The notes under the pieces: generated by a model
The model's input: the letters and a program-made list of their open reading frames with translations, nothing else
What the model was told of the DNA's origin: nothing
The model's database searches: none
IMG/VR virus record: IMGVR_UViG_3300033463_000015
DNA length: 64,000 bases
Origin: a virus
Lineage: Duplodnaviria > Caudoviricetes
Reading direction: 5' to 3' (one strand)
Shown: positions 25,721 to 34,481 of the stretch, piece by piece
Layout: every line of letters starts with the position of its first letter
Position numbering within the stretch: the stretch's first letter is position 1
Position numbers and translations under genes: made by a program

Positions 25721-25855
25721 TCAGCCCTCGGGCTGACCCTCCTCGGCCTTGGCCTCCTCGGCCTCGGCCTCGCGCTCGAGCGCGTCGAGCATCGCGTCGA
25801 TGAGGAGGTCGCGGGCGCGGCCGTGGGGGTTCGGGGTGGTGTAGGTGATAGTCAT
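25721..25855 (-). CDS. Small protein with acidic C-terminus (44 aa)
   Basis: AAGGAGG RBS, own promoter; MTITYTTPNPHG...EAEAEEAKAEEG. Confidence 0.7.
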   Translation of the reverse strand: MTITYTTPNPHGRARDLLIDAMLDALEREAEAEEAKAEEGQPEG

Positions 25856-26044
25856 CGTGGTGACCCTCCTTCGTTCTTTCTGAGGCTATTATAGCACAGG
25901 CCGGGCAGGTTGTCAAGCCCTTTTTTTGATTTTTTCAAAAATTTTTTTCGCCGCAGGAATCGTGATGAATCCATAACGAAAATACCCCAGTTAGTTATAA
26001 CTAACTCGCCGAATCCAGATCCGGACAAAAAGGGGAGGAGGGCG

Positions 26045-26158
26045 TCAGCCCTCCTCCTCAGTCTCCTCCTCGGCCTCCCGCTCGGCCTCCTCGGCCAGCT
26101 CCCGCCGAAGCTCTTCCATCCCGAAGTAGCGGTCCTCGTACACTTCCCAATCCAGCAT
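26045..26158 (-). CDS. Very acidic small protein (37 aa)
   Basis: AAGGAGG RBS, own promoter; MLDWEVYEDRYFGMEELRRELAEEAEREAEEETEEEG. Confidence 0.7.
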   Translation of the reverse strand: MLDWEVYEDRYFGMEELRRELAEEAEREAEEETEEEG

Positions 26159-26250
26159 TGCGGTGTCCTCCTTTTCTTTCGGGGTTCCTCCCCGTGACTA
26201 TATGATAGCACAGCCGGCGGGATTTGTCAAGAGGTTTGGAGGACTTTTTT

Positions 26251-26391
26251 TCAAGTCCCCCAAACCTCCTCATTCGTCTCCTCCACATAGATGCAAGCAT
26301 CATCATCAAAGCCACACAGCACAATCACCGCATCCTCGTCATACTTCGCCAGCAGTTCCCGCAGTTCCTGAACCGTCATCTTCGTTGCCAT
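26251..26391 (-). CDS. Family E small protein (46 aa)
   Basis: Near-identical to 27939-28079. Confidence 0.85.
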   Translation of the reverse strand: MATKMTVQELRELLAKYDEDAVIVLCGFDDDACIYVEETNEEVWGT

Positions 26392-26502
26392 TTTTGTAGC
26401 CTCCTTTTCTCTTTCCCCTTGGTACAGTCTCATTATAGCACCGATTGCGGGATTTGTCAAGCCCTTTTTGAAACTTTTTTTCGGCCGGACAGGAAGACCG
26501 CT

Positions 26503-26709
26503 TTAGCGGTCTCCCCATTCCTCCTCACTCACGTCCCACACGTAGACGTTGCCCTCCACCTCCAGCCAGAAGCACAGCACGCCATCCGCGTCCTCATCGA
26601 GCCAGCCCTCGGCCGTGGTAGCCTTCTGGATACCAAGCGCATAGCCACCCCACACAGCACCCGTAAGCAAAACCACAACCACGACCACGATTGCCACTTT
26701 TTTACCCAT
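26503..26709 (-). CDS. Small membrane-anchored protein (68 aa)
   Basis: N-terminal hydrophobic helix, own promoter. Confidence 0.8.
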   Translation of the reverse strand: MGKKVAIVVVVVVLLTGAVWGGYALGIQKATTAEGWLDEDADGVLCFWLEVEGNVYVWDVSEEEWGDR

Positions 26710-26796
26710 TTTGAAATCCTCACTTTCTGCCCTATCGGGGCACTTTCATTGTATCACATCACGCGCCGCTTGTCAAGAGGTTTTGCGCCCGCGGCC

Positions 26797-26958
26797 TTAG
26801 CCGCGGGGCACGGTGACGCGGGCCACCACCTTGCGCACCTCCCACACCTTGCCGCTCAGCGCGGTGCGGACGCGCGCGGCCTCCACGGCCTTAGCCTCGG
26901 TCATATAGACCTCGCCGCCGATGAGGTTGCCACAGTAGATACGGAAGTAAGTCAGCAT
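26797..26958 (-). CDS. Hypothetical protein (53 aa)
   Basis: Own promoter and RBS. Confidence 0.75.
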   Translation of the reverse strand: MLTYFRIYCGNLIGGEVYMTEAKAVEAARVRTALSGKVWEVRKVVARVTVPRG

Positions 26959-27029
26959 TTGGATTGCCCCTTTCTCTTGGTGTGATTTTATTATAGCATA
27001 GGTGAAACGATTTGTCAAGAGGTTTTTTC

Positions 27030-27220
27030 GCGGTGGAGGTGGGAAAGCCTACTCTACCTCTCTACGGAGTTACCCTCGGCTACTGTGGGTGCCCTCTTCC
27101 TCGCCCCTCCACCACTTCCCGCGGCGGGGCTACCTCCGCGGGCGTGTAGCGTGTTTTTTGCGGCCCTCGCACGTCAGCCTTGCGGCTGTGGCTTTAGGTG
27201 TGCTACCCTCACCCTCTGAC
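27030..27220 (-). ncRNA. Candidate structured RNA (~190 nt)
   Basis: Promoter at 27224-27252; GC-rich hairpins (CAGCC-GCAA-GGCTG, CCCGCGG/CCGCGGG); no RBS-led ORF seen. Confidence 0.45.
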
Positions 27221-27420
27221 AGTATATTACCACAGACCGCCCCGAATGTCAAGCCCTTTTTGAAATTTTGTCCCGGAAATTTTTTCGGCCGCAGGAAGCC
27301 CAGGCGCTTTAGCGCATTAAAGTGTGAGGATCCGGCGACCGGTTAGTCCAGGCTAACTCTGCCGGCACGCGGGTTTTTTATGACTAACCGCATTGTTATA
27401 AAAAAAGAACGGGTTTGACC

Positions 27421-27594
27421 TCACAGGTCAAACCCGAAGTTGTCCTCCGCGCGGGCGCCGTCCACGAGGGCGCGGTACTCGGCGATGGTCTCGGCGGTCT
27501 CGCCGCGCTCGGCCATGTTGAAAGCCTCCACGGTGTGGGGGTCTTCAAGTCCCCAGTTGGTAGCGATGGCGTCCAGAATCTCGTTCACGGTCAT
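27421..27594 (-). CDS. Hypothetical protein (57 aa)
   Basis: AAGGAGGT RBS, own promoter. Confidence 0.8.
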   Translation of the reverse strand: MTVNEILDAIATNWGLEDPHTVEAFNMAERGETAETIAEYRALVDGARAEDNFGFDL

Positions 27595-27686
27595 TTTGAT
27601 GACCTCCTTTCTATGGTTAGAGTATAGCACAGGTTGTCCGGTTTGTCAATAGGTTTTTGAAACTTTTTTCGCCGATGGTGGAGGTC

Positions 27687-27857
27687 TTAGAAGACCTCCA
27701 CCGCGAGGCCGTCCACCATCGCGGCCACCTCGCGAGCGCGGGCGAGCGTGTCATACGCGCCATAGAACCAGTATTCGCCATCCACCTCGCGCACCACCCA
27801 GCAGGGATGACCGTAGGCGTAGGTCGGGACGTTGCGGACTTCTTCGATGTTCAGCAT
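27687..27857 (-). CDS. Family D small protein (56 aa)
   Basis: Paralog of 25000-25176. Confidence 0.85.
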   Translation of the reverse strand: MLNIEEVRNVPTYAYGHPCWVVREVDGEYWFYGAYDTLARAREVAAMVDGLAVEVF

Positions 27858-27938
27858 TTGCGTTTCCTCCTTGCTTCTCTTTACAGTCTTATTATAGCGC
27901 ATTGCGGCCGGTTTGTCAAGGGGGTTGGGAAACTTTTT

Positions 27939-28079
27939 TCAAGTCCCCCAGACCTCTTCATTCGTCTCTTCTACATAGATACAGGCGTCATCATCGAAAC
28001 CGCACAGCACCACGACCGTATCGCCATCATACTTCGCCAGCAGTTCCATCAGTTCCTGAACCGTCATCTTCTTCGTCAT
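27939..28079 (-). CDS. Family E small protein (46 aa)
   Basis: Near-identical to 26251-26391. Confidence 0.85.
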   Translation of the reverse strand: MTKKMTVQELMELLAKYDGDTVVVLCGFDDDACIYVEETNEEVWGT

Positions 28080-28179
28080 TTTCGTTTCCTCCTCTGTGTA
28101 GGACTCTTGCCCTTTCCACGGTCTTATTGTAGCACATCCCATCCGGTTTGTCAAGAGGTTTTTTTGTTTTGCGGCTTGT

Positions 28180-28277
28180 TTTTTTTTGGCCTCACCTGCG
28201 GGGACCGCGTTCGCAATTCCACACCCGCAAGGTTCATCGGCCTTACTCTACTCCATTGGCCTATCCCCTTTCCACGG
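28180..28277 (-). other. Amber minigene + hairpin element, copy 1 (ATG-GAG-TAG)
   Basis: Own promoter, AAGGGG RBS, ATG 28256, TAG 28250-28248; homologous to 37602-37700. Confidence 0.6.
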
Positions 28278-28470
28278 TCTCATTGTATCACAAGTTAGCC
28301 GATTTGTCAAGCTCTTTTTGCAAGTTTTTCAAAAACTTTTTTCGGCCGAGCACCAGGACAACATACCCCGATTAGTTATAACTAATCGCCGATCCGGATC
28401 AGTTAGTCATAACTAACTTTTGTGCCGGCATAAAAAACGGCGCCGGTGGATCCGGCGCCGGGGTGGAGGC

Positions 28471-28638
28471 TCAGGCCTCCACCCAGTCGCGGGACACGAC
28501 CACGCCGCCGATGTCCCACGCCGCGGCCTGCGCGGCCTCGCGGGAGTCCCAGGACCCCCAGAACCACAGCTCGCCATCGACCTTGCGGGTGACAATCCAA
28601 GCGCGGAGGGTGCGGGGCAGGTTGTTAATGTGAGTCAT
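28471..28638 (-). CDS. Family D small protein (55 aa)
   Basis: WIVTRKVDGELWFWGSWDS aligns with family D. Confidence 0.85.
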   Translation of the reverse strand: MTHINNLPRTLRAWIVTRKVDGELWFWGSWDSREAAQAAAWDIGGVVVSRDWVEA

Positions 28639-28757
28639 TTTCGTTTCCTCCTTTATCTTCCGGGGTTCCTCCCGGTGACTATATATTAGCACATCCTCAG
28701 TCATTTGTCAAGCACTATTTCAAATTTTCTTCCGGGAAATTTTGCCCGGCTTACTGT

Positions 28758-29066
28758 TCAGCAGTAAGCCAGGGCCATATCCCGCCACCGCAGGACGGAA
28801 ATCTGATTGCACTTGCGGCCGATTTCCATGGCCTCGCGGCGAGTGTTCACGCGGCGGGACTTGTCGATGTAATACACCCCGCCCGAGTACCACACGCCGC
28901 AAGTGCCGCCGTACACCTTCACAGCGTCCATAGCCTCGCGCGCGGTCTTGCACTCGACGCCTTCGGTGGCAACCTGCCAGCCGCTTTTGTAGGTGATGGG
29001 CTTGCCGCCCTTCAGAGTGAGGCCGTCATTCTCGCCCAGCTTGCGGATGGTGCGGATGTTAATCAT
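28758..29066 (-). CDS. Hypothetical protein (102 aa)
   Basis: Own promoter, RBS, GC3-rich codons. Confidence 0.85.
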   Translation of the reverse strand: MINIRTIRKLGENDGLTLKGGKPITYKSGWQVATEGVECKTAREAMDAVKVYGGTCGVWYSGGVYYIDKSRRVNTRREAMEIGRKCNQISVLRWRDMALAYC

Positions 29067-29181
29067 CGTGTGATGCTCCCTTCTCTTGTTTACAGATAGA
29101 GTATACCACAGCCCCGGCCATTTGTCAAGCCCTTTTTGAAATTTTTTTGCCCGGATCTTTTTGCCGGCACGGCGGGAGGGC

Positions 29182-29334
29182 TTAGCCCTCCCACCAGTCG
29201 GGGTCGACCTCGTAGGGGTCTTCCTGCTGAGCCTCGGCCCAGGCGGCGGCGTCCTCCAGGGCCTCCGCGTCCAGTTCCTCGCGCTCCTCGTCGGTGATTT
29301 CCGCCCAGTAGATGTCGTCCCAAGTGTTCAGCAT
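29182..29334 (-). CDS. Very acidic Trp-rich small protein (50 aa)
   Basis: AAGGAGG RBS; MLNTWDDIYWAEITDEEREELDAEALEDAAAWAEAQQEDPYEVDPDWWEG. Confidence 0.75.
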   Translation of the reverse strand: MLNTWDDIYWAEITDEEREELDAEALEDAAAWAEAQQEDPYEVDPDWWEG

Positions 29335-29511
29335 TTTCGTTTCCTCCTTCTCTTTGGTACATCTTGATTATAGCAGATAGCCGGAGATTTGTCAAGGGGT
29401 TTTTCAGATTTTTTTCGGAAATTTTTTCGACCCCTCACAAACCCAGATTCCAGGCGGCCCGGATTCCAAGTGGGTCAAAATGTATGCATGTCCACGCGGG
29501 CGGGATGGACG

Positions 29512-29706
29512 TTACACGCCCATCACCCGCAGGAGGTAGTCCTGCACCTCCTGCCGCAGGTAGGCCAAGCAGGCCTCCCACGTGCCGCGGGCCTCCACGG
29601 CGAACGTGTCGCCGTACCAGTGGCGGACCTCGTAGAGGTCCCCGCGCACCCGCGCGAGCGTGGTGCCGAAGGTGGCCGCGGTGCCCAGGATGTATTCATT
29701 CGTCAT
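29512..29706 (-). CDS. Hypothetical protein (64 aa)
   Basis: Own promoter, AGGAGG RBS. Confidence 0.8.
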   Translation of the reverse strand: MTNEYILGTAATFGTTLARVRGDLYEVRHWYGDTFAVEARGTWEACLAYLRQEVQDYLLRVMGV

Positions 29707-29919
29707 AGTGGTGGCCTCCTGTTCTTTTCTACGGTCTCATTATAGCACAAGACCCGGCTATTGTCAAGCCCTTTTTTTAATTTCCCTATGCCTGGGCCGC
29801 AACCTCCACCGCCAGGCACCGCCGAGTCCTGGCCCAGGGCCGCCCCGGCAAAACCGCCGGCGAAAAAATTTTTTTTCAAAAACCCCTTGACAAATCCGCA
29901 AAGTGTGGTATACTATACT

Positions 29920-29972
29920 CAGATGAGGGACAGAGAGCCGTCGGACCCACGGCGAGGCTGCCTATCTTTTTT
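29920..29972 (+). ncRNA. Candidate small RNA, family 1 copy 2
   Basis: Promoter TTGACA...TGgTATACT at 29887-29914, hairpin and T-tract. Confidence 0.5.
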
Positions 29973-30012
29973 GAAAGTCAAAGAAAATCAAATTTTCTTG
30001 GATCCGGATCCC

Positions 30013-30088
30013 AGTTAGTTATGACTAACCGAGTTAGTTGAGACTAACTAGAGTTAGTTATGACTAACCGAGTTAGTTACCGCTAACT
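30013..30088. repeat. Four tandem AGTTAG-N6-CTAAC palindromes at the transcription divergence point
   Basis: Copies at 30013, 30032, 30052 and 30071. Confidence 0.9.
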
Positions 30089-30306
30089 ATTTTGCCGGCA
30101 TTGCCTCGCCTGGCGAGGTACCTCACGTGCCGAGGTACCTCACGCTTTAGCGCACTAAAGTGTGAAAGTGTTACGAAAGTGTTACGGAAGTATTACGAAA
30201 AGTTCATAGAATCTTAACAGAATCTTAACAAAAAAGGGCTTGACAAAACTGGCCGGAGGGCTTATAATCTAAGCGTACCAAGGGAAAAGAAAAGGAGGCC
30301 ACCCCG

Positions 30307-30753
30307 ATGATGAACCGCGACGAAATGCTCCGCACCTACAACGCGCATAGCGCGGCCGACGCCTACGTGCTCGGCTTTGCCTTCCACGGCGAGCTCTTCG
30401 CCATCGAGCTGCCCGAGCTGCCCGACGCCGTGCTGAAGCTGGACCACGCTTCCAGCAAGCGCGGCGGTCAGGCCAAGATCCGCGTGCGGGTGGCCAAGGC
30501 CGAGAAGCTGGCCCTGATCGCCATGGGCGCGGCCGTGATCGGCAAGGTGGAAGACCTCGAAGCTGACCCCCACCACAACCGGGGCGAGAACTTCGAGCGC
30601 ATCGTGACCGAGCTGAACGGCCAGCGCTGGACCAAGGACAGCGTGCCCTTCTGGGTGGCGGGTGACCTGAACCTGAACGGGCGGGAGCTCCAGATCAAGC
30701 TCGACGGCGCCGAGCTGACCAACGAAAAGACCCTCGCGGGGCTGGTGGCGTGA
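30307..30753 (+). CDS. Family A protein
   Basis: Paralog of 22656 and 31069; promoter at 30240. Confidence 0.85.
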   Translation: MMNRDEMLRTYNAHSAADAYVLGFAFHGELFAIELPELPDAVLKLDHASSKRGGQAKIRVRVAKAEKLALIAMGAAVIGKVEDLEADPHHNRGENFERIVTELNGQRWTKDSVPFWVAGDLNLNGRELQIKLDGAELTNEKTLAGLVA

Positions 30754-30804
30754 GCCACCTCCACCCACGGGGGCTGTTGGCGTGTGGATCCGGATCCACC
30801 AGGT

Positions 30805-30963
30805 GGGGGCTCGCGCCAGGAAGCTCGTAGGAGCTCGTGCCGGCAAAGCTCCAAGGGAGCTCATGAGCCAGGCCTGGGAGCTAGGAGCTCGCAATGGGAG
30901 CTCGGGAGCTAGGAGCTAAGCGATCCGGGAGTTAGTTATGACTAACCGAGGTATCGGGAGCTA
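30805..30963 (+). repeat. Polar GGAGCT short-repeat cluster
   Basis: About 11 (G)GGAGCT(C/A)-like units in one orientation. Confidence 0.8.
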
Positions 30964-31068
30964 CGAAAAAAATTTTCGTTGCCGGCAAAAAACCTCTTGA
31001 CAAACAGGCCGGGGTGTGGTAACATATAGTCACAGGGAAGCCCCTGACACACGAAGGAGGACACCACG

Positions 31069-31521
31069 ATGATGACTTACGAGCAGATGGTTACCGCCCA
31101 CAACACCCTCTCCGCCGCGACCCTCTACAACATCGGCTTCATCTTCCACCACACCCTCTACGGCATCGACCTGCGGCACATCCCCGCCGAGTGCCTGAAG
31201 CTTGACCGGGCTTCTTCCAAGCGGGGCGGCGCTCAGCGCATCCGGGTGCGGCTTTCCAAGGCGGTCAAGATGGCGCTCATCGCGATGGGTGCTGAGGCCA
31301 TCGGCCCCGAGACCCTGCTTGACGGCGATGACCGCTACAACAAGGGCGAACGGTACGAGCGCATCGTCACCGAGCGCGCGGGTCAGGTGTGGGTGAAAGA
31401 TTCCGTGCCCTTCAACGTGGCGGGCGACCTCTTCCACAACGGCGAACAGATTCAAATCAAGCTTGACGGCGCGACCCTCGTTGAGGAAAAGACCCTTGTG
31501 CGGCTTCTCGCCACAGCGTGA
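31069..31521 (+). CDS. Family A protein
   Basis: Paralog of 22656 and 30307. Confidence 0.85.
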   Translation: MMTYEQMVTAHNTLSAATLYNIGFIFHHTLYGIDLRHIPAECLKLDRASSKRGGAQRIRVRLSKAVKMALIAMGAEAIGPETLLDGDDRYNKGERYERIVTERAGQVWVKDSVPFNVAGDLFHNGEQIQIKLDGATLVEEKTLVRLLATA

Positions 31522-31673
31522 CCGCACAACGCGCCGGCACAAAACGTGCCGGCATATTTTTCTGCCGGCGGCCGAGTTAGTTATAACTAACCGCCGCAGA
31601 TTGTTAAAAACTTAACAAACTTTTTTCGCCCTGGGTACTTGACAAAAGCGGAATTTTGACTATAATAGATAGT

Positions 31674-31770
31674 GTCAGGAGGACATAGGAGCACCTCTGA
31701 TAGGGTCTGTGGGGTCGGGACTGCTCCCCCAAATGCGTTGCGCGCGAACGCCGCTTCACAGAACCGTAAC
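31674..31770 (+). ncRNA. Candidate structured RNA
   Basis: Promoter 31639-31667; stem TCTGTGGGG.CGG/CCGCTTCACAGA; no ORF. Confidence 0.4.
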
Positions 31771-31873
31771 AAAAATTCCACAGAAAAAACACTTGACAAG
31801 GTGCAAAAGCTGTGGTATAATCAAGATGTAAAGAGGACAAGGAAAAGTCCTAAAAACCAGAAAGGGTTTCAAT

Positions 31874-32206
31874 ATGCGTAAGTCCACGATGCAGTCCCTC
31901 GTTTCCTACCTCGAGAATGTGCCCGAGATGGCTGACGCCCGTGCGGAGCTGGTGCGGGAGCTGAACCGCGGAGCTGAGAAGGCCGCGGCCAATCGGGAGC
32001 TGTACGAGTCCGCTCGCGAGCTGGTGCTCGGGCAGCTGGAGCTGGCCACCGAGGGCGCGACCCTCGCGGAGCTGGTGGAGAGCTGCGGCGATGCTCTGCC
32101 CGCTGGGATGACCAAGGGCAAGGTGCAGTACGCTCTGCTCCACTACTGGAACGACGCAGTGAGCGTCGAGCAGACCAAGGGTGGTAATGTCTATCGCCTG
32201 CGGTGA
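31874..32206 (+). CDS. Family B protein (coiled coil + putative winged-helix)
   Basis: ATLAEL...GMTKGKVQYAL..YW...NVYRL; paralog of 34482, 37829, 41548. Confidence 0.85.
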   Translation: MRKSTMQSLVSYLENVPEMADARAELVRELNRGAEKAAANRELYESARELVLGQLELATEGATLAELVESCGDALPAGMTKGKVQYALLHYWNDAVSVEQTKGGNVYRLR

Positions 32207-32412
32207 CGCGCTGGGAGCTGCCCCTCACGGGGCAGCTTTTTATTTGCGCGGATCCAATCGTTATATAGTTATAACTAACTTTCGTGCCGGCGGCCGCGAT
32301 CGTTATGAATACATAACTACCTGGATCCGGCGCATAATTATGCAGAAAAATTTATAAATATTCATAGGAAAAAATACTTGACAAATTTCAAATTTTGAGT
32401 ATAATAATAAGT

Positions 32413-32495
32413 GTCAGGTAGGGAAGTTCACGATGAGCCCTCGGGTTCAACGCCAATCGTGGTAAAAGGTGAATGCGATAAAAGCCAACTTCCCT
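32413..32495 (+). ncRNA. Candidate structured RNA
   Basis: Promoter 32378-32406; nested stems GGGAAGTT/AACTTCCC, CACGAT/ATCGTG, TGAGCCC/GGGTTCA. Confidence 0.5.
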
Positions 32496-32573
32496 CTTGA
32501 CAAGCTCTTCACTCTATGGTATAATCAAGACATAAGAGAACGACACTCTTAAAAACGAGAAAGGGGTACACCT

Positions 32574-32963
32574 ATGGCTATGACTAAGACCGCTCTTGAA
32601 ACCGCTCTCCGCACCGCTTTCCTGTCCAAGCTGACCGAAGCCCTTGCTGATGAGGAAGTCCTGCGCGTGGGCTCCAACGAGATTGCTATCCCCTGTGTCG
32701 ATGCTGAGGGCAACGATGCGTGGGTGGTGGTGAAGGTCTCCACGCCGCGTGGAACGCGCAATGGCGAGGGTGGCTACGATGCCTACGATGGCTACGCGGC
32801 CGCGGATGACTACGCTATCGACTGCGCCGAGAAGGCCGAGAAGCGCAAGGTCGCGGACGAGAAGAAGGCCGCGAAGATCGCGGCTGACGCCAAGCGGCGC
32901 GCCGAGAAGGCCGCGAAGAAGGCCGAAGCCGAAGCCGCGAAGGCCGAAAAGGATGGGGAGTAA
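32574..32963 (+). CDS. Family C protein (Lys/Ala-rich helical tail)
   Basis: Similar to 39355-39708. Confidence 0.85.
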   Translation: MAMTKTALETALRTAFLSKLTEALADEEVLRVGSNEIAIPCVDAEGNDAWVVVKVSTPRGTRNGEGGYDAYDGYAAADDYAIDCAEKAEKRKVADEKKAAKIAADAKRRAEKAAKKAEAEAAKAEKDGE

Positions 32964-33108
32964 TCTCCCCATTTTTTGATGGCTAGGAGTTAGTCATAAC
33001 TAACTCCGCCGGCCGCAAAGTTAGGCTTGACAAACTCCAGCAATCGTGGTAAAATCATAATTGAAAAGAGGAAGGACACCTCCCAAACCAGAAAGGACAT
33101 TTCATTTT

Positions 33109-33762
33109 ATGGGTAACAAAATGGTCATCGACACGGAAACCGCCAACACTCCCAAAATTGAGGGGAAGTTGTTCTCCAACGATGGGCAAGTCTATGATGC
33201 TTGTTTCCGCGTCATCAATGACGAAGGCGAGACCCTTGAAGTTGTGCCCGTTATCAATCGCGATGTTTTCATTTCAATGCCCGAGGCGATGAGCGAGGCA
33301 TATTTCGCCGCGAAAATCCCGCAATACTGGCGCGACATTTGGAACAAAAAGTACACGGTCACGGACAGTTGGGGAATGTTTCAAATCTTCCGCACCCTCT
33401 GCCGCAAGTGGAATGTTGAGGCAATTATTGCCCATAACGCACCCTTCGACATTCGCGTTTTGAATGCGACTATGCGGTATCAGACCAAGAGTAAAAAACG
33501 GTACTTTCTCCCGTATGGTATGCCCGTGATTGATACCATGCGGATGGCGCAGGCTACCATTTGTAAGTCCCCCGATTATGTGGAGTTTTGTAAGCAAAAT
33601 GGCCTGATGACCAACCACTCCACCCCGAGACCGCGCGCGACCGCGGAAGCAATTTGGCAGTTTCTTACCAGTAATTTGGATTTCACCGAGGAGCATACTG
33701 GCGTGGGTGATACAGAGATCGAAGCCCAAATCTATGCCGCGTGTCTCCGTTGGAATGGGTAA
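33109..33762 (+). CDS. DEDDh 3'-5' exonuclease
   Basis: VIDTET, AHNAPFD, EEHTGVGD motifs. Confidence 0.9.
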   Translation: MGNKMVIDTETANTPKIEGKLFSNDGQVYDACFRVINDEGETLEVVPVINRDVFISMPEAMSEAYFAAKIPQYWRDIWNKKYTVTDSWGMFQIFRTLCRKWNVEAIIAHNAPFDIRVLNATMRYQTKSKKRYFLPYGMPVIDTMRMAQATICKSPDYVEFCKQNGLMTNHSTPRPRATAEAIWQFLTSNLDFTEEHTGVGDTEIEAQIYAACLRWNG

Positions 33763-33872
33763 TTTCATACCCATTCCTTTTGTGCCGGCGCAAAATTTTC
33801 TACAATTTCCCTCTTGACAACCAACCCCTTTTATGGTAGAATCAAAGTGTACCAAGAAAGGAGATGACCCCG

Positions 33873-34019
33873 ATGAAGGTAATCTATCAATACACTTTCG
33901 GCGATGGATTGGTAATGGAATTCGCAGAAGAAATGCCCTTTACCCTTTTGAAACTCGCGGTTGACTATCACAAGGGACTCATCAAGTGCAAGAAGATTGT
34001 GATTATGGAGGTTGAGTAA
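33873..34019 (+). CDS. Hypothetical protein (48 aa)
   Basis: Promoter and AAGGAG RBS. Confidence 0.65.
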   Translation: MKVIYQYTFGDGLVMEFAEEMPFTLLKLAVDYHKGLIKCKKIVIMEVE

Positions 34020-34020
34020 A

Positions 34021-34179
34021 ATGAACAAGCACAACAAGGTCAAGTCCAATGTGGAAATCATCCGCTCTATCCGCGGCGATTGGGGCGCGATTTCCCCCGT
34101 GACCAAGGTCATCGGTGACAAGCGGCGGAAGAAGAAGGACGCGGAAGCGCGGCGCCAGATTCGCGCGTACAAGGGCTAA
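34021..34179 (+). CDS. Small basic protein (52 aa)
   Basis: GGAGG RBS; K/R-rich. Confidence 0.7.
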   Translation: MNKHNKVKSNVEIIRSIRGDWGAISPVTKVIGDKRRKKKDAEARRQIRAYKG

Positions 34180-34481
34180 GTTAGGGCAACCTAACTTTGC
34201 CGGCGCGGTTAGCCCTGGCTAACCGCCGCAGATTGACAAAAACTTGTCAATCTTTTTTTTGCCAACCTATTGACAGGAGTCTAATTTTGAGTATAATAGA
34301 ATATGTCAGGAGGAGATAGGGAGCCCACCCCGAGGGGAGCGACCCTCCACCCCGAAAAAAAGTTTCCCAAACCCCTTGACAAACACCGCAAGGTGTGGTA
34401 CAATCAAGATGTCCTCAAGAGGAGGGCACACAAAAGAGTGCGGAACGACACCGCGTTAACAAACGAGAAAGGAAGGTCTAT

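Noticed and set aside
27260-29430. CodY, Spo0A or CIRCE boxes
   Set aside because: Only partial matches within A/T tracts; better explained as UP elements.
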